Virus record (IMG/VR): IMGVR_UViG_3300033463_000011
Coordinates: 32,001-96,000 of that record
Direction: 5' to 3' (one strand)
DNA length: 64,000 nucleotides
Source of the DNA: a virus
Lineage: Duplodnaviria > Caudoviricetes
A program made the position numbers and the translations under genes. A model generated the notes under the pieces. That model made no database searches. It was not told the DNA's origin and saw only the letters and a list, made by a program, of their open reading frames with translations. Shown here in pieces: positions 8,582-19,501 of the stretch (position 1 is its first letter; the number at the start of each line of letters is the position of its first letter).

Positions 8582-10657
8582 ATGGGACAAAGTACAGTAG
8601 GGCCATCCCCTATAGTTAGTTTTACTACAGCTTATGCTAAACCATTAACACGATGCCTCGTAAACATCAAGGCAACGGGCGGAAATGGCACACCATCGGC
8701 ACCCGTGCCGATTGTTGGCTTTTCGAGTGCGAATATTTATCACACGGGAGCGAATGTTTGGGATGAACAAACCGAGGGTGGCTCAATCAATGCATCAACA
8801 GGCGAAACAAAAAATGACAACAACGCAATAAGGTCAACACATCTTTGCCCTTGTTCTCCAAATGCAGAGTATTGTCTTGTCAAGCCTGCGGGAACTTGGC
8901 TCGGTATTTTTTGGTATGACGAAAATGAAAATTATATAAGTTATTATGCCTTCCAAAGCCAAGCAAATAAGACACAAACGTCACCATCAAACGCAAAATT
9001 TTTTAAGGTTGCAATAGGCAATAGTGCCGTGCCTGTTACAACATACGGAAACGATACAAGTATAAACTACCCAAGCACAGATACAACCTACCACGCTTAC
9101 AATCAATCAAGCGACACTCACACAATCGACCTCGGGCAGACTGTCTACGGGGGTTATATTGACTTGATAACAGGGGTGTTGACGATAACGCACGAAATAA
9201 TAGATTTAGGCAATTTAACTTGGTCATATTTTACTGCTCAAAATCGCTTTGCAACTAAATTATTAGACGGAAAATATACGGGCGTAATAACAGGTTTAGA
9301 TACTGCGCTTTGTTCTGAATATGAAATATCAAGCGTTAGATTTGAAAATCTTGGAGATAAAAAAATATCAGTAGGAAGTAATTTTTATAATTCTACAACA
9401 TGTGCTATTGTTGTTCATGATGAAGATTATACAGATGCTGACCTATTCAAGACAGCTCTGCAAACTGATAATGCTAAATTAGTCTATGAATTAGCAACTC
9501 CCATAACGGTTCAACTTTCACCCGAAGAAATAACCGCATTTCTTGGTATCAATAATTTTTGGAGCGATACAAATGGGGATATTTCAGTAGATTATATATC
9601 TTTTTTGAACTATTATAAATGCGGTCAAATATTTGTAACAGCTAATAGTAATGTTGGTTTAATCACGACCTCGCCTGCACCGATAGCCAACTTTGATACA
9701 GACCTTGCTCTGCCCTTGAAGTCGCTTGTCGCTAACATCAAGGCAACGGGCGGAAACGGCACACCAACGACACCCGTGCCGATTGTCGGCTTTTCGAGTG
9801 CGAATATTTACCACAGAGGCAAAAATCTGATTGATTTATCAAGTTTGGTTGCAGGCTATGTCAATTCAGACGGAACCTTCAACACTTCGCAAACACAAGG
9901 CGAAATGAGAAGCGGTTTTATATCTGTAAAACCAAACACGACTTATTATTTTTCAATCAAGGAAACAAGTTCAAGTTATAATGCTTGGCTTAGAGTAGGT
10001 CAATATTCAAGCGAGGACACGTCTTCGTTTATTCAGAGCAATTCTTATTGGACTTTTACAACAACGGCAACAACAAGATACATTGTTATTTCAGCCAGAA
10101 ACCTTGCAGACGCAACTAAAATTCAATTGGAATTAGGAAACACTGAAACCGCATACGAACCCTATCAAGGCAACACGCACACAATCGACCTCGGACAGAC
10201 TGTTTACGGCGGTTATTTGGATTTAATAACAGGGGTGTTGATGATAACACACAGCACATTACTTGATTTAGGTAATATCAATTGGACTAATATCACGGCA
10301 AATGGAACTGTTAGTACAGAATCACAATCGGCTTACAAGTTTAAGGGTGATGTTGTTTGTGATAGTTATGACCCATATTTAGGCGGTCTGTATGAATTGC
10401 CCGACAACTCAATAGGTGTTACTAATTCGCAGGCGAACCCTTTTATCCGTTTAAGAGATACGACTAATTTAGGCGGTAAAACACTTGATGAGGCTAAAAC
10501 CTTTTTAAGCGGTAAAACGGCAGTTATTGAACTCGCAACACCCGTTTCAATTCAGTTAACACCCGAAGAAATAACCGCATTTATAGGTTCAAATAATTTT
10601 TGGAGCGATACGAATGGGGATATATCAGCGAGTTATCTAAAAATCCTTTCTTCTTAA
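8582..10657 (+). CDS. Receptor-binding/tail adhesin with two tandem ~350-aa modules
   Basis: Duplicated NIKATGGNGTP..PVPIVGFSSANIYH, HTIDLGQTVYGGY, ELATP...EEITAF.G.NNFWSD blocks. Confidence 0.7.
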   Translation: MGQSTVGPSPIVSFTTAYAKPLTRCLVNIKATGGNGTPSAPVPIVGFSSANIYHTGANVWDEQTEGGSINASTGETKNDNNAIRSTHLCPCSPNAEYCLVKPAGTWLGIFWYDENENYISYYAFQSQANKTQTSPSNAKFFKVAIGNSAVPVTTYGNDTSINYPSTDTTYHAYNQSSDTHTIDLGQTVYGGYIDLITGVLTITHEIIDLGNLTWSYFTAQNRFATKLLDGKYTGVITGLDTALCSEYEISSVRFENLGDKKISVGSNFYNSTTCAIVVHDEDYTDADLFKTALQTDNAKLVYELATPITVQLSPEEITAFLGINNFWSDTNGDISVDYISFLNYYKCGQIFVTANSNVGLITTSPAPIANFDTDLALPLKSLVANIKATGGNGTPTTPVPIVGFSSANIYHRGKNLIDLSSLVAGYVNSDGTFNTSQTQGEMRSGFISVKPNTTYYFSIKETSSSYNAWLRVGQYSSEDTSSFIQSNSYWTFTTTATTRYIVISARNLADATKIQLELGNTETAYEPYQGNTHTIDLGQTVYGGYLDLITGVLMITHSTLLDLGNINWTNITANGTVSTESQSAYKFKGDVVCDSYDPYLGGLYELPDNSIGVTNSQANPFIRLRDTTNLGGKTLDEAKTFLSGKTAVIELATPVSIQLTPEEITAFIGSNNFWSDTNGDISASYLKILSS
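8663..10628 (+). repeat. Three pairs of conserved direct-repeat blocks within the adhesin gene
   Basis: 8663-8743 vs 9734-9814 (5 mismatches in 81 nt); 9119-9193 vs 10178-10252; 9520-9587 vs 10561-10628. Confidence 0.9.
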
Positions 10658-10803
10658 AAATAGACATAGACCACCCCCCACACCTCTCTCACATACTTTA
10701 TTGCTAGCAATTCGTGACATAAGAGTATAGGCGAGCATACTATGTGAGCCTTTACCTTTTCTAACCTTTTATTTCTATATAGGATAATATAAGGAGAATT
10801 ACT

Positions 10804-12786
10804 ATGCCTCAAGAAATTTATAACGAAGGTAGAGTTGTAGGACTTTCTGCTTGGGAGATATTTGCTAAGACTAAATTAGACGGAGGAACTCCACCAGAGG
10901 ATATACCTAATGAACGTGAATGGTTAGCTAGTATGATAGGTAGCGGTGCTTCTATGATACTTAGAGTTCCTGCACATTCATCTGGCGTATTAGATTTTGA
11001 ATTGCCTGAAAATTCCAACTTAACTGCAGCTGGAGCAATATTAGCTACTCCATTTATTGGATCATGCGATTGGACCGATACTGCTCCCTATTGGGCAAAA
11101 AGAGTAAAGTCTTATGGAAGACATCTTATATTGAATGATAGTGATGACGGATATCCTTCTGCGGACGGAACATCCGTTCCTTTTTATAATACTTCTCCTT
11201 CAGCATACTCTGGGGTAGTTAAAGAATATGTTAAAATTACCGATGGCATTGTTTATACTAAAAAAGCTAGATGGGCACCTATTGGAGGAAGTCCTGCAGC
11301 TATTTCACCTTATGAAGATATAGTAGATACTAATTTTAATGAGTCTACTACAGTTATTCGATTATATATCAGCGATGAAATTGATGTGAATGTCGATATA
11401 TTATTTACAGGATTTGCCAACAAGCGAATAATTGAAGGATTTGCAGCACACGCTGAGGACGAAGGAGACCACACAGTAGGCGGTTCTTGTGATATCGATA
11501 ATAATGATTGGAAGAACGGCGGTATGCTTGGCCCAGAAATGATTCCTTGGGCAAGCAAAATTATTTTCAGTGTTCCTAATCTTGCGTATGAAGGTACTAG
11601 TTCTTTACATAGATTAATTCCATCAGACCAATCTTATGTTGCTGAGAAGATAGCAAATGCGTACACATTTCAATATGCAGACCACGAAGTAACATCAGCT
11701 CCATTAATTGATTTTGATTCTATAAATTTAGTAGATTATTATAATGAACATGCTTCAGAATTCTTAGGATCTGTTACATTAGCTACATCAGTTTCAGATA
11801 ATCCTAGCAGATGTAACTATATTGTAGCTTGGTATCCTGGAATGACTGCCGCAAATATTAATGCTACTAAAGCTTTAACTTATGATACAGAGAAAAAAGC
11901 AAGATTTTTTCCTCCTGCAATCTATGGGCAGCAAATATCTTCCAATGGAAATAAGACATTAGTCCCTTTAGATGTTGCAGCACCTGGTACAGTTAAAGGA
12001 TTTACAGATTCGTTCCAGGCATACAATTATAAGAATTTGATGCCAGATAATTATGCTATATATCATGACACTGTTAATAACACATTTTCATTTGCTATAA
12101 ACAATACTGATTCTGCTAGTTGGCCAGGAACAGCTACTATAACATATGAATCCACAGGTCCTTTAGCTAATATATTAGTAGGTACTAAAAAAGTAAAAGC
12201 ATTGTCCTTTGTAAATTCATCAGGAATTGCTTATAGCACTGCAGGACAAGCAGGTACAATTAACAAAGGGCCTACAGTTCAATCTCCAGAAAATTATATC
12301 TGCTGGAATGACATGATTAATGCACTGCAGAACAATAAATCTGTTGACACATTAGGTCCTTGGTTAAGAACAATAGGTTTAGAATTAAGTTTTAACTCAG
12401 CTACATCAATCGGAAGTGCACATACATTAGGATTAAAAGATACTCTTGTAGGCGATTCCGAAACATCAGGACATATTGATTATATAGGCTCAAAATACAT
12501 ACTTCTGAATCCAGGGTCATCCGCAGATTACTACTGGACAAGTCCTACACACAGTATATGGTTAGGTTCTCAAACAATGAGTGATGATGGACTTAAATAT
12601 TTAAGACTTAATTACGGATACAACCAAGATACTCATACCGATATGAATGCCTCAATATATTTAGGAACTAATTTTATAAGATTTACAGGAACTCAAAATG
12701 ATCCTGATGGAATAAAATTATATGTATCTACAGTAAATCCAGGTACATCTGGAGTTCCAAATAATTCAATAGGATTAGGTTGGTAA
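10804..12786 (+). CDS. Putative tail/baseplate structural protein
   Basis: GRVVGLSAWE..EREWLASM N-terminal motif typical of fibre-attached proteins; context. Confidence 0.55.
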   Translation: MPQEIYNEGRVVGLSAWEIFAKTKLDGGTPPEDIPNEREWLASMIGSGASMILRVPAHSSGVLDFELPENSNLTAAGAILATPFIGSCDWTDTAPYWAKRVKSYGRHLILNDSDDGYPSADGTSVPFYNTSPSAYSGVVKEYVKITDGIVYTKKARWAPIGGSPAAISPYEDIVDTNFNESTTVIRLYISDEIDVNVDILFTGFANKRIIEGFAAHAEDEGDHTVGGSCDIDNNDWKNGGMLGPEMIPWASKIIFSVPNLAYEGTSSLHRLIPSDQSYVAEKIANAYTFQYADHEVTSAPLIDFDSINLVDYYNEHASEFLGSVTLATSVSDNPSRCNYIVAWYPGMTAANINATKALTYDTEKKARFFPPAIYGQQISSNGNKTLVPLDVAAPGTVKGFTDSFQAYNYKNLMPDNYAIYHDTVNNTFSFAINNTDSASWPGTATITYESTGPLANILVGTKKVKALSFVNSSGIAYSTAGQAGTINKGPTVQSPENYICWNDMINALQNNKSVDTLGPWLRTIGLELSFNSATSIGSAHTLGLKDTLVGDSETSGHIDYIGSKYILLNPGSSADYYWTSPTHSIWLGSQTMSDDGLKYLRLNYGYNQDTHTDMNASIYLGTNFIRFTGTQNDPDGIKLYVSTVNPGTSGVPNNSIGLGW

Positions 12787-12792
12787 TAAATT

Positions 12793-14598
12793 ATGGCAAG
12801 TAATCCTTGTTCTTCGCATATAAATTGTAAATTACATGGTGATAACGTCGCAAATTGCGGGCCGTATCCCCAAATATACGCAGATTTCACTATAACATTT
12901 ACTCGACAATCCTCTCCTCCTAGTCAAGTTAACTGGGCAATTACAGGGATGGATAGAAATACATGTTTTCCAAATCCTAACGGAGATTACGGACAAAATT
13001 GGTACGGGTTTGTTTTCAACGCTTATGTAAGCGTAAATGGCTCTGACGAAGATCTATTATCTTCAAGTTCAAATTTAAGCCCATTGATTGCAAAAGTAGC
13101 TAGCCCATATCAAGATCTTAATTGGTGGAAAAGTACATATGCAACTTTATACACTCCTAGCGGAACTTTAACATCTACATATAATACAACTACTATAAGT
13201 TTATATGTTGAGAACAAGCATGATTGCACATATAATAGTAAATATTGCTATAGGTTAGGCAATATAGGAACTTATATGCGAATAGCAACGTTTACTGTAG
13301 ATATTCCTGATGGCGATTATACAATATCCTATAATACTAATGGCGGATTACCTGCAATTAGTTCTCAAAAGAAATTAACAACTTCACCTTTAACACTTAC
13401 CAGTTCTGTTCCTTCTAAGACATTTGAAGTAGTTTATTATAATGCAGATAGGTCTACTATAAGGTTTGCAGATATAATACCAATGACCTTTGGTACTACA
13501 AGTGAAAATAAATGGAAATGTTCTGCAGATAATAATTTATATGCACCAGGTTCGTCTTATAGCATAAATCAAAGTTGTACTATGACTGCAAATTGGGTTG
13601 CAAAATTTAATTTAATTGATATGCCTGATGCATATTATAGACTGACATATAATTATAGAGGTGGTTCTGATTCTCGTGAGTATGATGATGTAGCACGAGG
13701 CTCAAAATGTTACGTCGATGTGAATTCACAATATATAGGTGATCCAGATGAAGAATATACTACTGATTTTAATCCTGTGGGTCAATTAAATCTATATCCG
13801 TCTTATGGCTCAGCCACATATCCTGTATCTAATATGCCAGTTCCTACCAGAAGTGGTTATTCTTTTGTTGGTTGGTATAAAGATCCTCAATTAACTCAAA
13901 AAATAACTAGTGTTCTTATTATGGATGGTGATACAACCATATATGCAAAATGGGAACCTTCAACAATTCACTACTTTGGTCCGGATTGGACTACTTCTAC
14001 AGATTTCACTTGGAGATATGTAGACGGTGCTTGGCATAAGATTGGACACATGTACAGATATGATGCTTCGCAAGGTAAATGGATTGATTTAATCCCTGCA
14101 CCTCAGCCCGCTGTTGTATTTAAAGCAGGGGAAGGACTTACTCCTTATTATGATGAAGGTACAATAAATCTTTATAATGGTAATATATCCTTTTGGCACG
14201 TCCAGCAAGATTATATTTTAAAACCAGCAGGGTTCATGGATAAAAATAATGCTATGATAACATTTGGTGGTGAGTGTGAACGAGGTAATTATCGCTATCT
14301 ATGTTGCGAAGGTGAAGTATGGGACGGTAGCGATGGTCCCTTCAATAGTTGCAGTATTAGTATTAGAGCTAAGAGAAAGGGCAAGGGTGACTCCGCTGAC
14401 AACAGACCTGCCCCAGAGTTGATGGCATATTTAGTAAATTATGCAGATCGTTCTAATGCCGCAGGTACATCTCCTTGGTACAACGTAGACAAAACTACTA
14501 TAAGAATAGATTTATCACAATTTATTGCAGAAACATTCTATATTAGTATTCACGGATGTGATTGCCAAGCAAAAATTTATAACATCTGGTTTGAATAA
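12793..14598 (+). CDS. Virion adhesin-like protein with InlB B-repeat (Listeria-Bacteroides repeat) domains
   Basis: YTISYNTNGG and PTRSGYSFVGWYKD...TIYAKWE. Confidence 0.7.
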   Translation: MASNPCSSHINCKLHGDNVANCGPYPQIYADFTITFTRQSSPPSQVNWAITGMDRNTCFPNPNGDYGQNWYGFVFNAYVSVNGSDEDLLSSSSNLSPLIAKVASPYQDLNWWKSTYATLYTPSGTLTSTYNTTTISLYVENKHDCTYNSKYCYRLGNIGTYMRIATFTVDIPDGDYTISYNTNGGLPAISSQKKLTTSPLTLTSSVPSKTFEVVYYNADRSTIRFADIIPMTFGTTSENKWKCSADNNLYAPGSSYSINQSCTMTANWVAKFNLIDMPDAYYRLTYNYRGGSDSREYDDVARGSKCYVDVNSQYIGDPDEEYTTDFNPVGQLNLYPSYGSATYPVSNMPVPTRSGYSFVGWYKDPQLTQKITSVLIMDGDTTIYAKWEPSTIHYFGPDWTTSTDFTWRYVDGAWHKIGHMYRYDASQGKWIDLIPAPQPAVVFKAGEGLTPYYDEGTINLYNGNISFWHVQQDYILKPAGFMDKNNAMITFGGECERGNYRYLCCEGEVWDGSDGPFNSCSISIRAKRKGKGDSADNRPAPELMAYLVNYADRSNAAGTSPWYNVDKTTIRIDLSQFIAETFYISIHGCDCQAKIYNIWFE

Positions 14599-14610
14599 GG
14601 AGTATTCTTT

Positions 14611-14829
14611 ATGGATAAAGATACAGAGCAGACAAATGACGAAATCAGAAAACTAGCAGAGGAAGTTGAAAAACTCAAACAAGAGATAATAAGGCTTCAC
14701 GCTATTTCTGATATTAAGAATGATTCTTATTCTAATATTCCAGTAAATTGCAGAAATTGTAGCAACCATCCGTCAAATGGTGGTAGTGGGGTCTGTCACT
14801 GTATCTTAGGTTCACAGGTAGGTTATTGA
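14611..14829 (+). CDS. Small Cys-rich hypothetical protein
   Basis: CRNCSNHPSNGGSGVCHC; SD AAGGAG. Confidence 0.6.
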   Translation: MDKDTEQTNDEIRKLAEEVEKLKQEIIRLHAISDIKNDSYSNIPVNCRNCSNHPSNGGSGVCHCILGSQVGY

Positions 14830-14830
14830 T

Positions 14831-15301
14831 ATGAAAATCTATGCTAAATCAAAGGGCAACAAAAATGACGAGTATTATAATCGACTTCCATTACCTTCAC
14901 AAGTAAAACGGTTAGGTAAATATTTAGAAGACAATCTTGTAGGTGTAGATCATACAAAATCACATCAGCCTCCAAATGAATACATAATTTATGATACTAT
15001 TTTATATCAGATAAAGAAATCGCTTCGTCAAGAAATGAAACAGTATCCTGAATTAGAAGGTGTAGAAGAAAAAATATATACCGCAAACTTATATTTTAAT
15101 ATAACAACATATCAACAATATATACGACTTGATGTAATTAAGCTTGATAAATATGAAAAGACATTAGGATACTTAAGATTTGAGCCTAAAGACCTGATCA
15201 GTTTACCTTATTGTAAAAAGAAATTATTGGATTATGTTAAGAAAGTAATTGGTAAAGAATATAAAGGCTATGACGTTTTGTTAGTTGATGAGGACATATA
15301 A
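14831..15301 (+). CDS. Hypothetical protein with MKIY N-terminal tag
   Basis: Starts MKIYAKS. Confidence 0.6.
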   Translation: MKIYAKSKGNKNDEYYNRLPLPSQVKRLGKYLEDNLVGVDHTKSHQPPNEYIIYDTILYQIKKSLRQEMKQYPELEGVEEKIYTANLYFNITTYQQYIRLDVIKLDKYEKTLGYLRFEPKDLISLPYCKKKLLDYVKKVIGKEYKGYDVLLVDEDI

Positions 15302-15643
15302 ATGCGTACACTTAATCTGCCAGATACTAATCATTTCTATGCTCCTGCAGATGATGAATGTTGGATTATTTTAGCTAAAGAAATAATGGGATCATATTCT
15401 CAGCAATATGCTAACCAAATTGTATATAGTGCATTCAGCCAAGAAGAATATGATAGATTAGATAGGCAAAGATGTGTACCTCAGAGACGAAGCATATTAC
15501 GCAAAGTTAAACATGGTCCATTAAAAAATATTATAGATATGCCCTCAGTATATCGCGCATTTGAAATCAAAAGATTAGAGAATTTAAAGTCATTAGGAGT
15601 ACAGTGGGAGGATAAATATTTTGAAAATATCGAAGACCTCTGA
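15302..15643 (+). CDS. Hypothetical protein
   Basis: ORF coupled to neighbours. Confidence 0.55.
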   Translation: MRTLNLPDTNHFYAPADDECWIILAKEIMGSYSQQYANQIVYSAFSQEEYDRLDRQRCVPQRRSILRKVKHGPLKNIIDMPSVYRAFEIKRLENLKSLGVQWEDKYFENIEDL

Positions 15644-16232
15644 ATTTAATTATACAGATATGTTAGAAGCAATCAAGATGTTGGGGTTTGAACATCTTGA
15701 AATGAATTTCTTTAGACGAGTCGAAGAAATAGATATAGATTCTAATTTAGTATTATATTGCGAAATATATGATGATTGCGCTAAAGTAGATGTTTATGAA
15801 GATGCAACTCAAATAGATTCACAATCATTTAAGAGACCTATAAAATTAATAGATTACATTGAGAATCTTTTAAAATCTTATGATATTGAAAGTATTAAAT
15901 TAGTGCCCCGCGAAGACGACAATTCTACTTCAGTATTTGGGGCAACTACACGAGATTTTGCAAAGAAGTTACTTAGAGTTAAATCATCAAATGTATGGAG
16001 TTATGCATTTCAACCAAAAACAGAACAAATCGGCGACTTGCTAATGCAATTTAAGGGAGATAATGGAGGTCCGGGAGATATTTATATCTATTATGATGTC
16101 CCTAGCAAGATATGGCGAAAGCTAGTTGCTGCCCCTTCGAAAGGACACGCATTTTGGGAATATATAAGGAACATATTTAAATATGCTAAATTAACAGGCG
16201 ACAAGAGGACGCATTTACCGAATGGAATTTAA
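15621..16232 (+). CDS. KTSC-domain protein
   Basis: C-terminal VKSSNV..Y...L.MQF...Y.YYDVP..W..L..APSKG..F...IR. Confidence 0.8.
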   Translation: MKISKTSEFNYTDMLEAIKMLGFEHLEMNFFRRVEEIDIDSNLVLYCEIYDDCAKVDVYEDATQIDSQSFKRPIKLIDYIENLLKSYDIESIKLVPREDDNSTSVFGATTRDFAKKLLRVKSSNVWSYAFQPKTEQIGDLLMQFKGDNGGPGDIYIYYDVPSKIWRKLVAAPSKGHAFWEYIRNIFKYAKLTGDKRTHLPNGI

Positions 16233-16257
16233 TTAAATAATATAAAGGAGAACAATT

Positions 16258-16509
16258 ATGCACTACTTAGTAATTGAAATTCAAACAAACGAGGGAGTTA
16301 TGTCTGTACTGAATTATCAGTATAATGATTTACCTACTGCAGAACAGCAGTATTATCTTATCCTTTCATCTGCTGCAGTAAGTACATTAGATGTTCATGC
16401 CGCTATGATCGTAGATGAGAATGGTTTTGTAATCAAAAACAACAGTTATAGACATACTAAAGCACCTGACATTGAACCTGAAATTGAATCTGAACCTGAA
16501 GAAACCTGA
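16258..16509 (+). CDS. Conserved phage hypothetical protein
   Basis: SD AAAGGAG; YLVIEIQ..AEQQYY.ILSSAAVS..VHAA. Confidence 0.6.
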   Translation: MHYLVIEIQTNEGVMSVLNYQYNDLPTAEQQYYLILSSAAVSTLDVHAAMIVDENGFVIKNNSYRHTKAPDIEPEIESEPEET

Positions 16510-16514
16510 TAGTT

Positions 16515-16847
16515 ATGAAAATATACGCATCAAAACAGCCCACACTTGATACATTTGTTGGAAGAGATGTTTGGGTTAAAGTAAATATCATGACAGATGA
16601 AGGATTTCCAATATCTTTTTTACACGCGTATTATTGGATCCGAGTTATTTCAAAAAGATGTCTGGATTCAGAAACAGTATATAAAATAAACAGATTATCT
16701 GATTGGGATTTAGATGACGAAAATCATTATGACGGATCAGTTCCGCAGGATTGGGCATTAAATAACACAGAGGAATATCTTGAAGGATATATCAATCTAG
16801 TTAAGCCTGTAGAAGCACTTCCTACATCGGAGATATTTGAAGAATGA
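16515..16847 (+). CDS. MKIY-tag protein, paralog of 16844
   Basis: MKIYAS..LDTFVGRDVWVKV..PVEALPTSEIF. Confidence 0.65.
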   Translation: MKIYASKQPTLDTFVGRDVWVKVNIMTDEGFPISFLHAYYWIRVISKRCLDSETVYKINRLSDWDLDDENHYDGSVPQDWALNNTEEYLEGYINLVKPVEALPTSEIFEE

Positions 16848-17209
16848 AGATATATTGTAGTGGGTTACAGCCTGTAACTGAAGAACTTATCGACAAATTT
16901 ATCGGCAAAGATATTTGGGTTAGAACTTGTTATGTTACTTATGGAACTCAATGGATGAAGTTTCTGTCTAAAAAAGTGGATGTAGACAAGCGAGGATTCA
17001 AATTTGTATATTGTTTAGTATCTCGAATTGCTCAGAAATATGTAGAAAACACGTATATCGGAGATTCTGACGATGTACAGAAAATACTAGACTCAATGGA
17101 AGATAGTCCAATGTTCATAGATATACGAAACTTGAGATTTGACTATCCTCCAGAAGTTTTAACAGAAGATGAAATTATAGAGATAGTAAAATCAAATGCA
17201 CAAGGATAA
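16844..17209 (+). CDS. MKIY-tag protein, paralog of 16515
   Basis: MKIYCS..IDKFIGKDIWVRT..PPEVLTEDEII. Confidence 0.65.
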   Translation: MKIYCSGLQPVTEELIDKFIGKDIWVRTCYVTYGTQWMKFLSKKVDVDKRGFKFVYCLVSRIAQKYVENTYIGDSDDVQKILDSMEDSPMFIDIRNLRFDYPPEVLTEDEIIEIVKSNAQG

Positions 17210-17849
17210 CATTACAAATGAAATTTTAACCACATTTGGATCCAACAATCCGCAAGTTGGCTGTACTTTTATTGCAGAAGGTGGAACTTTCATAAATATC
17301 TACCCTAAATTAGATACTCACGAAGATTTATGTTGGTGGGTTGAGGAAAACTTAGGTATAGATCTCCCTTATGAAGATGAAGAATATTTTGTAAGAGAGT
17401 ACAACTGGGTCAGATTAAGAAGTGATCCGAGTATGCTAATAATTGAATTACCTAAGAATTATCCTACAAGGAAACAGTGGAATTCAATCGGAGATTGGTT
17501 ATTATTCTGTGAAGATATGACATCACATTATCCAATAGTCCAGGCCAGAGAATTATATATTGGAGTAGTAGATGGAGATTCACATGAATATGAATTTGGG
17601 AAAGAAATTTTCACCGAAGAAATATTAAGATTACTAAAAAGGTCGTACACTTCAGGAAAATTCTATGCTTCGACATATATAAGATCAAATTACTATGATT
17701 ACAGAAAAGACGATTTAGTAAACTTTTATGTTAGTAGCGAAATGAAATTATCTGCTATATGGTATGAAATTCACAGCAAATATGGGAGTAGAGAATTAGC
17801 AGATAGCGTAACAGAAAAGATTGAAGATATTAGGGGTAGGTTGTTGTAA
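17196..17849 (+). CDS. Hypothetical protein
   Basis: Overlapping, coupled ORF. Confidence 0.55.
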   Translation: MHKDNITNEILTTFGSNNPQVGCTFIAEGGTFINIYPKLDTHEDLCWWVEENLGIDLPYEDEEYFVREYNWVRLRSDPSMLIIELPKNYPTRKQWNSIGDWLLFCEDMTSHYPIVQARELYIGVVDGDSHEYEFGKEIFTEEILRLLKRSYTSGKFYASTYIRSNYYDYRKDDLVNFYVSSEMKLSAIWYEIHSKYGSRELADSVTEKIEDIRGRLL

Positions 17850-17860
17850 GGAGAACTAAT

Positions 17861-17995
17861 ATGCCAGTACATCAAACAAAAGGTGGAGGATATCAGTGGG
17901 GTAAATCCGGAAAGATCTATTATGGGAAAGGGGCAAAAGCTAAAGCTGAAAAACAAGGTAGAGCTGCATACGCTAACGGGTATAAAGGAAAATGA
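17861..17995 (+). CDS. Small basic conserved phage protein (44 aa, not in ORF track)
   Basis: MPVHQTKGGGYQWGKSGKIYYGKGAKAKAEKQGRAAYANGYKGK; SD AAGGAG. Confidence 0.8.
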   Translation: MPVHQTKGGGYQWGKSGKIYYGKGAKAKAEKQGRAAYANGYKGK

Positions 17996-18015
17996 AAATA
18001 TATGGACCAATTATT

Positions 18016-19501
18016 TATGTAATTCTATTAAATTATATTTAATAGAATTATAATTTATATTAAACCATAAAATATCGGATTTTATAATAAGAGTATTTAT
18101 TTTTATTATATCAGGTATTATAATATTAATATGATATTGAAAACCTGGAAACAAAATATAAAACATATTTCTTCTGCGGAGTATGAAATACTACGTAAGA
18201 TGTGTAGATTGTCTAAAAATGTATATAATACTTCTTTATATAATATTAGACAACATTATTTTGCTGAGAAGTCATATCTTAGGTTTGAAGCTAACTACCC
18301 TTTAATGAAATGTGATGATAATTATAGATTATTAGGTGCTAACGTAGCTCAACAAACTATGCGGTCTGCGGACCAATCATTTAAGGCGTTCTTCGGGTTA
18401 TTGAAGTTAGCCAAATCTGGCAGATATGAATCCTGGAGGATTAAATTACCTAAATACTTGGATAAAGATGCATATTATCCAATAAAATTTGCACAGGCCG
18501 CTATAACTGATGGCAAATTACTTGTTCCAATGTCTCCGGAAATGAAGAGAGTTACAGATACTAGAATAAGAATACAAATTCCTAAGTATTTAGCAGATAA
18601 GAAAATTCATCAAGTTCACATAATCCCTAAGCATAATGCTAAGTTCTTTGAAATAAGATATATGTTTGAAGATATTGAGGAGGGTATCAATTATGATTTA
18701 GATAGAACTAAAGCACTAGCTATTGATTTTGGTATCAATAATTTCTGCACTTGCGTAACTAATGATGGTAACTCATTTATAGTAGACGGTAAAAAATTAA
18801 AATCTATCAATCAATGGTACAATAAAGAATTGGCCAGACTGTCATCTATAAAAGATAAACAGAAGATTAAGCATTGCACAAATTTACAGTATTCCAAAAT
18901 TAATAAGCGGAATAATCAAATTAATGATTACATTTACAAATCGGCTAAATTTATAATTAATTATTGTGTAGAGCATAAAATCGGTAATCTAGTAGTTGGC
19001 TACAATGATGGCTTCCAAGACAAAGTAAATCTCGGTAAGGTTAATAATCAGAAATTTGTTATGATTCCATATGGTCGACTGAAGGACAGGTTAGAATATC
19101 TTTGTAAATTACATAATATTAATTATATCTTACAAGAAGAGAGTTATACTTCTAAAGCGAGCTTCTTCGATTACGACGATGTCCCTGTATGGAATCCTCA
19201 AAATCCTAAACAAGGTAATTTTTCGGGTAAAAGAATTTCACGAGGCCAATATCTAACTCAAGATAAAACTGTAATTAATGCCGATGTAAATGGAGCGCTG
19301 AATATTTTAAGAAAAAGTAATGTTGTAAGCTGCAAAGCTTTATACAGTAGTGGCGACGTGATTACGCCTTTAAGAATAAGGTTGGTCAGAAGCAATTCTG
19401 GTGGAAACTTAAACAGCAAACTTCTTAATAATTAGTTTTATACAAAATCGTTAATAGTAATTAACAATTTTTATAATTCTATTATCATAACAATTATTCA
19501 A
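18016..19501 (+). mobile_element. tnpB-only IS200/IS605-family element (IS1341-like); ends approximate
   Basis: Perfect left hairpin AATTCTATTAAA/TTTAATAGAATT (18021-18049), imperfect right hairpin ~19453-19483, no tnpA. Confidence 0.75.
18131..19435 (+). CDS. tnpB: RNA-guided endonuclease TnpB
   Basis: LAIDFGINN (RuvC-I), QEESYTSKAS, INADVNGALNI (RuvC-III). Confidence 0.92.
   Translation: MILKTWKQNIKHISSAEYEILRKMCRLSKNVYNTSLYNIRQHYFAEKSYLRFEANYPLMKCDDNYRLLGANVAQQTMRSADQSFKAFFGLLKLAKSGRYESWRIKLPKYLDKDAYYPIKFAQAAITDGKLLVPMSPEMKRVTDTRIRIQIPKYLADKKIHQVHIIPKHNAKFFEIRYMFEDIEEGINYDLDRTKALAIDFGINNFCTCVTNDGNSFIVDGKKLKSINQWYNKELARLSSIKDKQKIKHCTNLQYSKINKRNNQINDYIYKSAKFIINYCVEHKIGNLVVGYNDGFQDKVNLGKVNNQKFVMIPYGRLKDRLEYLCKLHNINYILQEESYTSKASFFDYDDVPVWNPQNPKQGNFSGKRISRGQYLTQDKTVINADVNGALNILRKSNVVSCKALYSSGDVITPLRIRLVRSNSGGNLNSKLLNN

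Noticed and set aside
8663-10628. Diversity-generating retroelement TR/VR pair
   Set aside because: Mismatches are not adenine-specific, both copies are in-frame coding, and no reverse transcriptase is in the window.
10660-10760. C-rich tract after the adhesin gene as an RNA gene or antisense ORF
   Set aside because: No convincing fold or ORF; may be a cassette junction but unsupported.
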